From Candidatus Omnitrophota bacterium (GTDB lineage: Bacteria > Omnitrophota > Omnitrophia > Omnitrophales > Aquincolibacteriaceae), in the NCBI GenBank assembly GCA_903856085.1, contig CAIOAT010000016.1, positions 8,581-72,580 of the forward strand: DNA of 64,000 nt, given 5' to 3'. The position numbers and the translations under genes were made by a program. Position 1 is the stretch's first letter. Each line of letters opens with the position of its first letter. Under the pieces are notes generated by a model, which ran no database searches, was not told the origin of the DNA, and worked only from the letters and a program-made list of their open reading frames with translations. Shown one piece after another: positions 9,386 through 20,200 of the stretch.

Positions 9386-11455
9386 TCACTGCAGATTTTT
9401 ATTGGCCTTGGGACGCTGAGGCTTGAGATCAAGGGGAAGCTGTTTGTCATGCAAAGCTTCGTTCTCAAGCGCTTTTTGGCAAAGGTACTCTTGAACACGG
9501 AATTTCTTTTCGCCCGCAGGATCCTTTTTTTGATAGGTCCCATCGGGAGAAAGCCCCCAAGCCTTCTGGTTATCCTTGAAATAATGATGGAGGAGCTGAA
9601 TGAGTTCTTTTTTGTTTTTTCTATCCTCCACAGGAAACATGAGCTCAAGACGCTTATCAAAATTCCTCGGCATCCAATCTGCGCTGGAAAGATAAACTTC
9701 GTCGTCCCCTGCGTTCGAAAAATAAAAAATCCGACTGTGTTCCAGGAACATATCGACAATACTCACCACCTCGATATTTTCACTCAGGCCTTTGACTCCT
9801 GGCCGGAGGCAACAGATCCCGCGAACATTCAGTTTTATCTGAACCCCTTTTTGCGAAGCGCGATAGAGAGCATCAATGATCTCCTTATCCACCAAAGAGT
9901 TCATCTTCGCAATTATGAGGCCGGAGCGTTCGGGGGAACTCTGCGCAGACTCCCGAAAGATCAACCGTAAAAGCTTCCGGCGTAACCCATAGGGTGCCAT
10001 TTCGAGCTTGGAAAAATGACCGGGGCTTGAGAACCCCGTCATGAGATTGAAGAAGGAACTGACATCCGCGGCAAACTCATCATGACTCGTAAAAAGATTA
10101 AGGTCCGAATAGATCTGAGCGGTTTTTTCATTGTAATTCCCGGTTCCAAGATGCAGATACCGCTTGATCCCTGCGGCTTCACGACGAACAACCAAGCAAA
10201 CTTTGGAATGTGTTTTCAGACCAACCACCCCATAAAGGATCGTAGCCCCCGCTCTCTCCAAACGTTTGGCCTCTTCGATATTCCGCTCTTCATCAAAGCG
10301 CGCCTTCAGCTCAACTAAGACGGTAACCTGTTTTCCCTTTTCCACTGCTTTTTCAAGAGCATTAATGACCGGCGAATGATTCCCAGTCCTGTAAAGCGTC
10401 TGTTTGATAGCTAAAACATCCGGATCTTCTGCGGCAGTCGAAACAAACCGAAGAAAAGCACTGAAAGAATCGTAGGGATAATGCACCAACAGATCTTTTT
10501 CCCTGAGCAATCCCCAAAGGTCACCGGCTTCCGTCATTTCCAGAACGGGTCGCGGTATCCATGCGAGCCGCTTGAACCTTTCGAACCCGGGCTGGAATGC
10601 TAGCTGAGAAATGCTTTTAAGATCAAGCCATCCCTCACTTTTAAAGATCTCATGTCCCTCAATGCCCATTTTCTGTTTCAAATGGTCGATCATGTCATCG
10701 GACGCATCGATCTCAAGACGCACGACCCGGCTTTCCTTTCTAGACCGCAGAGCCTCACTCATAAGTTTTGCTAGGTCTTCGTCCTTTTCTTCATCGATCG
10801 TAAATTCCGCGCAACGCGTCACCCTAAGGGACCCCTGACGCCCGATCATAAACCCGAGAAAAAGCTCCTGCGCAAAAAGACCGATCACGTCTTCGATCAG
10901 AATGAACGCATGGCTAGATTCCGAGGGAAGCATGATCATGCGCGGACAATTTTTAGGGATCTCAACCAAGGCGTAACGTGCGGCTGCGAGATTGGTGGAT
11001 TCTGTGAGTTCAAAAATACGGTAAAGACTCAGGTTTGCGAGGCTCGGGAAAGGCTGTTCTTCATGAACCGCGAGCGGTGTGAGGAGCGGCAAGAACTCCG
11101 TCAAAAAAAGGTTTTTAATGAACAGGAACTGTTTCTCGTTCAGGGCTTGCGGAAGGACTCGCACAATACCGTCCCCTTCCATTTCATGGACAAGAAGTTC
11201 CTTGAAATAAAGCTGCTGCTTATGGATCAAGGAAGACGCCTGCTGATAGATCTCCAGCAGAAGTGGGTCTGTTTCAGGGACGCTGGCAACGCGAACCATA
11301 AAAAATTCGTCGAAATTGGAGCTGACGATCCCGACAAACTTCAAGCGCTCCAGAACAGGATTCGAGATATCCATTGCCTCTGCCAGAACGCGGGCATTGA
11401 ACCGAATCCATGATAATTCCCGATCAAAATATTTTTCTTGAGGGATATTTTCCAT
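9386..11455 (-). CDS. ppk: Polyphosphate kinase 1
   Basis: N-terminal 'YFDRELSWIRFNARVLAEA' PPK1 signature, ~690 aa four-domain length, PLD-like C-terminal regions. Confidence 0.9.
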   Translation of the reverse strand: MENIPQEKYFDRELSWIRFNARVLAEAMDISNPVLERLKFVGIVSSNFDEFFMVRVASVPETDPLLLEIYQQASSLIHKQQLYFKELLVHEMEGDGIVRVLPQALNEKQFLFIKNLFLTEFLPLLTPLAVHEEQPFPSLANLSLYRIFELTESTNLAAARYALVEIPKNCPRMIMLPSESSHAFILIEDVIGLFAQELFLGFMIGRQGSLRVTRCAEFTIDEEKDEDLAKLMSEALRSRKESRVVRLEIDASDDMIDHLKQKMGIEGHEIFKSEGWLDLKSISQLAFQPGFERFKRLAWIPRPVLEMTEAGDLWGLLREKDLLVHYPYDSFSAFLRFVSTAAEDPDVLAIKQTLYRTGNHSPVINALEKAVEKGKQVTVLVELKARFDEERNIEEAKRLERAGATILYGVVGLKTHSKVCLVVRREAAGIKRYLHLGTGNYNEKTAQIYSDLNLFTSHDEFAADVSSFFNLMTGFSSPGHFSKLEMAPYGLRRKLLRLIFRESAQSSPERSGLIIAKMNSLVDKEIIDALYRASQKGVQIKLNVRGICCLRPGVKGLSENIEVVSIVDMFLEHSRIFYFSNAGDDEVYLSSADWMPRNFDKRLELMFPVEDRKNKKELIQLLHHYFKDNQKAWGLSPDGTYQKKDPAGEKKFRVQEYLCQKALENEALHDKQLPLDLKPQRPKANKNLQ

Positions 11456-11467
11456 AGTTTTGAAACT

Positions 11468-13030
11468 CTAAAGCGACGGGCCCGCGCCTTGCTTCAGATC
11501 GAGGGGTGCTCCAAAAACATCGGCGAACATGTCCCCTTTCCGTCGCAGGCTTTCCCGTTCAAGCGAAATATCCCCGATCTCTTTCGGCACCCAGATCGCA
11601 TAAGTGTCTTCCGAACGTTCCAGAGTAAACGACCGGATCTTCTGCTGGTGGCCGGTGTCCAAAGCGTCTGCAATGCGCAGGATGGAAGCAAGTTTTGAGA
11701 CGATTGCCCGGTCCGATTTCGCAAGAGACATGTAAGGTACGTGCGTTTCGCGCGGCGGCACACGGCGATGATACCGGACAACATTAGCGACAATATTCTT
11801 GTCGGTCCTCCTCAGCCCGAAGATCTCGGCGGCATCCACTAAATAATACGAATGCTTGTGGTGTCCCGAAGGAGAAACGTAGGTTCCAATATCATGTAAG
11901 ATACCGGAAACCTCGAGCAAAAGACGCTCGCGGGACCCCATGCCATGATCTCCCGCAAGCAGGTCATAAAGTTTCAATGAGAGTGAGGCCACGCAAACCG
12001 CATGCCCCTTGTCGTACATATATTTTGCCCCAAGGTGGTGGGCGGAATTAAGGACCTGCTTCGAGACGTCCGTTCTTCGGTAACCCGAAAAAAGCTGGGC
12101 CATTTCGAGCAAAAGACCGTCCCGAATACTTAATTTTGGGATAATGACCTCCTCCGCCTTGGTTTCATTTAAAAAATTCAAATAAAAAAGAAGCGCGGGG
12201 TAAAGGGACTCCGCATGCCCATAATCGAGAGAGTATTGCGCGGCAATCTCTTCGGGCGTCATTTTCCCCACCCGCCCCATAAAACTCACAAATTCTTTCT
12301 TTTCAAGAATGGTGAAACGGTCGAGAGTCTCCGGAAGAAGCTGCTGCGATACGAATCGCATATCTCCACCCAGAGCAACGAACGTATCGATCTGCTCCAT
12401 ACGAACTTCACGCGCCACGTTCTGTGCGATATCCCGGATACTCTTCTTCAGAACACGCTGTATGAGTCCCGCATCTTCTTTCCCGGCTACGGCCTGCTCG
12501 GGAAGCCTTACTGATCCTATCGGCAGGGTCCGCGTAACGCTCACCCGACCTTGATCCATGATGATCATTTCCGTACTGCCAGAGCCTACTTCGACGATCA
12601 GGCAATTCTTTTTTTCGAGATCGATCCTCCCCTCCAGCGCATGCTCGACCGCGATCAATTCGAGACGGTTTTCTTCCGGGCCCTCCAAGATCTCCACTTC
12701 GATGCCAGCGCGCACATAGATTTGATCGATGAAATTATCCCGATTCTGGGCCTCCCGGACAGCGCTCGTGGCGATCGCTTGGACTTTTTTGATTCCATAC
12801 GTATCGATCACAGACTTGAAGTCTCGGAGAATGTTCACACCCTGGCGCATGGAAGCACTGCTCAACCTGCCCGTTTTAAAAACATCTTTGCCGAAACGAA
12901 CCGGCTTTTGAAGCTGCTCCAAATAACGAATCTCGTTTTTGGCTCCAACCTCCGCAATCACCATGCGGATTGCAATGGTTCCGATGTCAATAACGGCGGC
13001 GATATGTTTTTGAATTTCTTGTTCAGGCAT
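11468..13030 (-). CDS. ppx: Exopolyphosphatase/guanosine pentaphosphate phosphohydrolase (Ppx/GppA) with C-terminal HD domain
   Basis: ASKHA-fold N-terminus 'AAVIDIGTIAIRMVIAEV', C-terminal HD motif 'ILHDIG'; immediately downstream of ppk1 as in canonical ppk-ppx operons. Confidence 0.85.
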   Translation of the reverse strand: MPEQEIQKHIAAVIDIGTIAIRMVIAEVGAKNEIRYLEQLQKPVRFGKDVFKTGRLSSASMRQGVNILRDFKSVIDTYGIKKVQAIATSAVREAQNRDNFIDQIYVRAGIEVEILEGPEENRLELIAVEHALEGRIDLEKKNCLIVEVGSGSTEMIIMDQGRVSVTRTLPIGSVRLPEQAVAGKEDAGLIQRVLKKSIRDIAQNVAREVRMEQIDTFVALGGDMRFVSQQLLPETLDRFTILEKKEFVSFMGRVGKMTPEEIAAQYSLDYGHAESLYPALLFYLNFLNETKAEEVIIPKLSIRDGLLLEMAQLFSGYRRTDVSKQVLNSAHHLGAKYMYDKGHAVCVASLSLKLYDLLAGDHGMGSRERLLLEVSGILHDIGTYVSPSGHHKHSYYLVDAAEIFGLRRTDKNIVANVVRYHRRVPPRETHVPYMSLAKSDRAIVSKLASILRIADALDTGHQQKIRSFTLERSEDTYAIWVPKEIGDISLERESLRRKGDMFADVFGAPLDLKQGAGPSL

Positions 13031-13038
13031 GCTGTTCC

Positions 13039-14031
13039 CTACTTTTTGGCCGCTTTAAAAACTTCATGGGCCATTTTGGCGGCTCCTAAAATAACCGCAT
13101 TATCCTTCAGTTTGGACGGGACGATTTTCACCACTTTGGCGAGGGGCTTAAGCGCGTAAGCTTCCATCTCACGTCTGACCTCAGGAAGAATGATCTTTCC
13201 CATCGCCTCCATCATTCCTCCTCCCAAGAGGATCAATTCCGGATTCAAAATGTTCACCACATTCGCTAGCGCAACCCCGAGCCACCGGGAACGGCTCCGG
13301 ATCAGCTCCTCTAACGCGATATCCCCCGCTTTGATAGCGCGGGACAAAGCACCGCTGCGGATTTTTTTTACGTTATAACCGATCTCTTCGAGAAGATGCG
13401 GGCACTTCTGCCGCAGCAAGAGGAACCCCGCCTCCGATGCAATAGCATTCCTGCCGACCAAAGCTCCGACTTTTTGGCGCGACGTTTCAAAATCAGAAAA
13501 AGAAGGAAGTGACAGAAATGTCTGGCCGATCTCACCAGCTCCTCCAGAAGCGCCACGGTAAAGATGTCCGTTGATGATGAGCGCCCCGCCGATACCCGTT
13601 CCTAGGAAAACCCCCACGACTTCCCGATAACCCCGCGCTGCGCCGAATTGCTGTTCTCCGAAAAGCCCCGCATTGGCATCGTTTTCAATAAAGACCGGTG
13701 TTTTCAGCTTCGCTTTCAGTTTTTCAGCAAGTGAATAATTCTTAAAAAAAGATACGTTGGAGGAGACTTTGACGATCCCTTTATAGATATCAATGATTCC
13801 AGGACAACCCACACCGATGGTTACAAGATCACTCAGGTCCGACCCGGTTTCTTCCAGAACTTCCTCGATCCCGTCAATGAGCTTGTTGAAAAAGAACCTC
13901 TCGCCGCGATTACCGTCCATCTCAAGTTTGACGGTCTTTTTTAAACTAAATTTCCTGTCAAAAAGACCTATCAGAATCTTGGTCCCGCCCAGATCGATGC
14001 CAAGGATGAACTTCTTTTTCTTGCCCGCCAT
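13039..14031 (-). CDS. ROK-family sugar kinase (glucokinase; possible polyphosphate-glucokinase)
   Basis: 'ILGIDLGGTKI' ASKHA phosphate-1 motif, ROK family Cys/His-containing middle region; start re-set to MAGKKKK (ATG ~14031, GGAGAG SD). PolyP specificity only inferred from ppk/ppx neighbourhood. Confidence 0.7.
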   Translation of the reverse strand: MAGKKKKFILGIDLGGTKILIGLFDRKFSLKKTVKLEMDGNRGERFFFNKLIDGIEEVLEETGSDLSDLVTIGVGCPGIIDIYKGIVKVSSNVSFFKNYSLAEKLKAKLKTPVFIENDANAGLFGEQQFGAARGYREVVGVFLGTGIGGALIINGHLYRGASGGAGEIGQTFLSLPSFSDFETSRQKVGALVGRNAIASEAGFLLLRQKCPHLLEEIGYNVKKIRSGALSRAIKAGDIALEELIRSRSRWLGVALANVVNILNPELILLGGGMMEAMGKIILPEVRREMEAYALKPLAKVVKIVPSKLKDNAVILGAAKMAHEVFKAAKK

Positions 14032-14279
14032 AGACTCTCCCCTTTCAAAATTGATTTCCATTATAATGGCTCAGGGAAGTTTTTATGTAAAGCATTTGTA
14101 AAGTCTTGGTGGCTCTATCCATTCAGACCACCTAAAAAGCCCTTCCAGAAATTCCGTAGAGAAATCCACAGGCCCCTATCTTCACACAAAACACAGGGTA
14201 TTCCTCGCGATCTTTTAACGCAAACAAGCCATCACATAAACCTCTGTGCGAATGAACACGTTTTTCACAGGAACTGTTT

Positions 14280-17200
14280 TTATGCCGCTACTTTAACAGC
14301 CTTTGCATTTCTCCAGGAAGCAGCAAGGAACTCTGTGACAAGCATCAAGGCATCTTTCATGCCCCAAAGATCCCGTTTTCTTCCTAGCTCAAAAAGTTGC
14401 CGACTTGTGACAAGATACCAGAGAAGAGAAAAAAGAACCTCCGGGTCAGAGCTCTTCAACTCCTTATCGTAATAAACAAGATTCCCAACGCAACTCTTCA
14501 CCTTTTGGACTTCGCGGCGATCGATTCCGACATAAGCATAATCCAAGCGTTGATATTGAGGTCCGGTGACTAAGGGACGCAGGAATTTCAAAATGGAAGC
14601 ACTAATGCTATCAGATATCTCTACTAGCTGAAAATGTCCGGTAGGAAGCTCCATTTTCTTTATCTTTTGTTCGATTGCCTCTTTCCCGGGAAATCGACTC
14701 CTCTCGAACAGGATAATGACACGGAACGGCAGCCGCGAAAGCAGCAAAAGATGCTCATCGCGAATTCCGATCCTCGCGTCCAGGAAAAGGGTGTTCAAGG
14801 CATTGGCCCGCTGCGGAAGAGCGCGGAACATTCCCATTCCTTTTTGGAAGGCTAAAAAATCGTCCCCTGATAGCGCTAAAAGCTCCTTCAGATCCGGTCC
14901 TGTGCTTTCTGAAAGAAAACTCGCGTCACCCAAAAGAGATTTTAAGCGCGGTAAAAGTTTTACATCCTCCGGTCCTAGGATCCATTCCGTGATCTTGATG
15001 GCAACCAGAAGACGGACTTTCTCCGAAACAACCGGCGTCACGTCTTCTTGCAAGGAAATCTCACGCGTAACCTCTTTGGGATTGAGTTCTAACGCTGGGG
15101 GTTTTTCGGAAGTTCTGTCTTCTCTCAATTCGGAACGCAGCACCCCACCAGGGCCCACAGCAGCCAACGCGGTTGCAATCGCCGAAAAGTGCGTCGTTAG
15201 AATCTTGTAAGTACGCGGCGTAAAGACACCTCGTTTTTCACGCAACATCGTAGAAACATCCTCGGGGGAGAGGGCCACGATCTCAACGGCATCATCTCCC
15301 GGTCTAAATTCTTTCCAATTGAACTCTCCATTGAGCGAAAAATGAAACAACTTTACATCCTCTTTTCTTGTGGTGGGAACTTGCCTTCGCCCCTCATGAT
15401 GAACTTCATAGGAAAGAGGAGGGAGCTCCCGAACTGGTAATGAGGTTAAGGCCGCGGGAAGAGGGCGGCCATCACGGAGTTCTTCAAGGAACCCCCTCTG
15501 GATTGCGGCTTCCGGACTTTCTCCGGGCTCCAGATGCTCAAAAACGGGAAGATCCAATAGACCCGGATTACTGGAAGTTAAATTACTGCGCCGCTGAAAA
15601 ACAACTTTTCCATCCTTGGTCACAAATGCGGCAACCTTTAAGGCCGCCAGACCTCTTGCATGCCCCTGTTTTCTTGGCAAGTGTACGATTTGATCGCCTC
15701 GCGTATCACGAAACATAAAAATCTGCCGATCCGCGAGCAATGAACCTTCCCCCTCCAATCGCTCGACGGCTGTACGGTTCGCCAGCTCCGGAAAAGATAC
15801 CTCGAGGCGCTTCATCCGCTCCAAAATCCCAGCCCGATTGCTCCCAGATATAAAAAAATGATCGGAAGGCGCCGGAACAAAAGCCTCCACTTCAGGAGGC
15901 TTCTGCGCAGTCGCACGAAAGGTCTCCCACAGTTTTTTCCCCATCGTGCTATAAATCTTCGCATATGGATTGGCGGCATCTTGTCCATCCGAAAACGTTT
16001 TTTGATTATGAGCGAGCCTCTGAAGATTAGGCGACACCGAAGTATTCCCTCGAAGCTGAAGATCGAACTCAGCAACCACTCTCGCAAAATCCTCTACGAG
16101 ATCCACCACAAAAGCTCCATATTTTGAGATCAAGCTTTCTGTTTTTTTACGAAATACGTCTATCAATCCTTCCATCTGTTGACGTTCCTCCTCCGTCCTT
16201 GAAACAAGAGCCATGGGCCCTTTGGGAACTGCAAATTGAGGCGTGATCGCATTATCCAATGTCAGACCGGTCCCGAACAAATGCCCATACTGACCTAAGG
16301 CACCTTTCAATTCTTCTGGGCGACGAACCACATGCTCCACATCATGCCTCGGAGAACCGTTACGCCCCAACAACACGGGATGCCGATCTGTTTCAACTTC
16401 TTCCAGAGAAGCAAGCCGTGCGTCAATAACGATCTGACTTCCCTGGTTGTTATAGCTGATCACATTCGAGCTCAGGTCGCCTCCAGGGAAAATGATCTCT
16501 CCATGCTTCACGCCTTGCTCCCTGAAGTCGCCTGCCATCCGCAAAGCTTCGGCAAGATTCATCTTAAAGACCGCCATAGCAACCGCCAAAGGAATACCTG
16601 GCTGCGGGAACCAATAGATCTGTAATTTTTTACCCAACGACTCCGCCAGATCGCGAGCGGCAAAAAATTGTCCGGCATTCCCCGGGAAAAGGCCGTCGGA
16701 TTCCGCTACTTTGAAACGGAAATGTTTCAGAACATGATCCTGCGCTACCATTGTTTCAAAAAAATTCCGATTCTCTCCGTTTTTAGGCGGGAGCAAAATG
16801 ATCACCTCGACGTCCTCCCTCAAATTTTCATCCAAAAGCGCCCGGCTCATCTTTGCCATCATAAGATTTTCTCCGGCGACATCGTCCATCTGGGAAAGGG
16901 CAACTTCCCTCCTGGGTTCTGAGGCCGGTCGTGACATTTCATATTGTTTGTTTCTCATACGTTTCGCGGACGCCCGTAAGGATTGGATCTCACGTTTGAA
17001 AGTCCCGTAACCATTTCCACTAAGATTCCTCAACATCGGCCCCACATGCCTCCAAACTGAGAAAAGGGTCCACAAAACACCAAAGATTGTCGGAACTGTA
17101 ATCAACAACTGGTGCAAACCAAATATAAGGTTCAGGATGGGTACAATAAAAAGAATCGCCACTCCGGCCACCGCCAATGCCCGGCCAAGCCATCGTCCAT

Positions 17201-20200
17201 AAAAATGGTCTAGCTTGTTTCCTTCCAGCTCATCAAGTTCGGCTGTGGGATGGAACGCTTTATGGAGTCCTGCTTTTGCCACGCGCATGGCCTCACGTTC
17301 ATTTTCAAATCCGGATATTCCCAGTTTTTGCATATTGGCCGTCACGCGTCTAAAGCTGTTCAGCGTCACCCACCGATTGATCGCCACCATCAGCGTCACC
17401 CCGAGGCAAAGACGCCATATGGAAAAGGTCCAGAGAACCTTCCGATTGTGCAGGATCTTCTGCCAATCCGAGAACTTCATTCCGTCTTGAAGCAATAACT
17501 TGGGAGGATAAAGATCGATTACCTGGGAAAGGGCAATGAGCCGATTCGACAGATTGAATCCTTCATTAAAATTCTCTGCAAAATCGGCTGATTTTTCAAG
17601 AAACCTCAAAACCTCCTGCTCTTCGATATCATTCCCAGTCCCCCGAGTCGCCTGAAATTGACGGGAAGCCGTCTGAGCGGTCAGGATCGATAAGCGGGCC
17701 AAAATCCCACGGATCTTGACCAGAGAATGCGTGTCGGGTTTCCACATTTCAGAAAGGTCCTCAAAATGTTCCCGGGAAAATCTAAGCAGCGGATGCTGCG
17801 CCAACTCGCTGGCCTTTGTGGTGATCATATCCCTTTCGCCCGAACCCAAGTGCTCATTTTCTAAAAGAAGTCGAGTCCAAGCCTGAAGCGGCTCAACGAT
17901 TTCCTGGAACACCCGCATATCCACGTCATCACCGCGGACCGCTCTTTGTTTATTAGCGTTTCTTTTTAAACGCATCCCGATTTTTCCCGCCTCGTCAAAG
18001 AGAATCTCTAGAGATTCCACGGAATCTCTCCGGAAAAACTTCTCATGCCCTCTTTTTTTCATCAATGCGAAAAAAAGTTTTGGAAGATTCCAGACAAGTA
18101 GAACCAAAGCAAGAACCGGGAAAAAACGCCAACTGATGTAACGAGCCCCAAAAGGGTTCATGAAATACCTCAAGAGAGCCGCTCGCTGCGTGGGATTTTG
18201 TTCTTCCCTTACTAGCTCCAAAAGTCCCAGAACCCCGATCTTTTGTCCGGGATGCATTTGAAATTGTTCCTGAACGGATGCGGGAATCGAATCTATTAAG
18301 CGAAGAGGTGGCGACTTTCTTTCGACAAGATCGCCTTTCTTCTTCGCCCAGGCTGAGGCTTTGGCGGACCCATCGAAAGCAATATCCGCAACACTACCCT
18401 CGCCAAGAATTCCCTCCGTATCGTCGCTGCGGATCACAACTCCCTCCCGTTCACCCAAAAGCCATTGGCTGCTGTTCGCGAGAGGGATCACTGCATACAC
18501 TGTCCCCATCAAAACGCCGCGGGATGTCACGACAGAGACTTTATCTCCTGTTTTAACGCTTCCCGTTTCGACAGGGAGCAGAAAAGGATCCTCATTGGAA
18601 AGACGGCCTGTCCATTCTGCAGAACGGGGGTCAACGCTCGTTCCCAAAAAAACCTCTTTGTTTACAATGCCGGCTTTCGTCACCTGCCCCGCCGCCAACG
18701 TTTGTCCATCTAAAGCAGTAACGCCCAGAACACGACCCCCCACGGGAGCTTTGAGCAGGATGGGCAATCCGCTCCGCTGGATCCCTGCAACGGCCCGCTG
18801 AGCTCTTTTTTCATAGTCCTGGAGAGAGCTTTCGGGAAGAGTCCTAAAGTCCTGGTTCGCCTTACGCATTGTCCGTGCAAGAGTCTCAAGCTGTCTGGCA
18901 ATCTTGAGCTGCCCACCTTGCCCCACAGGGATCCATTCCCCCAAGGAGTCCCCGGCCTTAACCGTTTGTCCATCCCGAACTGTAGCTCGAAAAATTCCGG
19001 CGTCGATCCCGGGAACGGGAGGAACACCGACCGGGATGAACTGTGAAGATGGAATAGTGGTGTGAAATCCGGCATTGTGATGCAATCCTAACGATTCGAC
19101 GCTCGGAGTATTATCTTTTATCAGCTTAATATCATATGCACAACTCGCCCCATGGGCCGGAAGAGATGTGGAAGATGGGAAGCTGAAATGAACTGTTAAA
19201 ATAAATTCGCCGTCCACTCCTTTCGCAAGGTCAAAATGACTTGCTTCCCAATCCAACACATTCACGGAATGCCCATTGACGGAAAGTTCGATATCATCGG
19301 CTCCGGAATATCCCGGAGGAAGAGCAATCTTTATGACCCCCTCATCCAGAGGAACGATCCCCACGGCATAACTACCAGCCGTTGCCGGCCCCTGATCCAG
19401 TGTTTGAACGATTGCCGGGCGGGGCGAAACCAGGATGTCGGCTTCTGCTTCCGCCTTCAGTTGAGCGAGCTCCAGTTGATGTTCGATCCTCTCAAATTGA
19501 TATTGAAATATTGTGTCCCGGTCGAGAGTCCCCGCATCTTTTTCTCCTCTGGCCACCAACCCGCCAAGTTCTCGGATCCTATCTTCCAGAAATTGAGTCC
19601 TGTTATCGCGTTCTGTATCCTCTCCTCTCGCAAGCAGGTCGCCTTTTTTGACAACATCTCCAGGTTTAACGGCATAAGTCATCTTATCTGCCGTCAATGG
19701 GGCTTTGAGCATGACCGCACCGGGAGGATTCACGATTGCTTGTCCTTTGCCTGTATACAAGACAGTTGCTGTGTTTGCGACAGAGTGTTGCTCTTCAAAC
19801 ACTGGTTTGACCTCTGTCCTATCAGAAACAAGGGAGGCTGATGCGACGGAAGACGGCTCTTTCACGGAAGCCTCCTCGTTCGTGACATTCAAAGCATTGG
19901 CAGTCCCGGCTGGGCTTTGAAATGGTATCCCGGAAAAATCTTTCTTCGTGAGTTTCTCCTTTGCGCCTGACGAAGTCATTACCTGTTCTCCTTGAGAAAC
20001 CGCATCGGCCAAGGTTTCGCGCCCATCCACGTTGCCTACACCAAGAATTTCGATGACGGAACTATCCGGAGAGACCGATTGGGGGTTGGATGTCGCATGA
20101 TCGGCTTCAGAAATTTTTGGGCTCTCCGCGGTGGTTGGAAGTGCGGAAGATGGCCCATCCGCAGAAACCCTGTCGGAGAGGACCGATGATGCCGCTGCAA

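Noticed and set aside
9364-9759. 131-aa minus-strand ORF overlapping the 3' end of ppk1 in another frame
   Set aside because: It is out-of-frame overlap with a confidently assigned PPK1 and has no features.
12551-13159. 202-aa plus-strand ORF inside ppx
   Set aside because: It is antisense to a confidently identified Ppx/GppA-HD gene.
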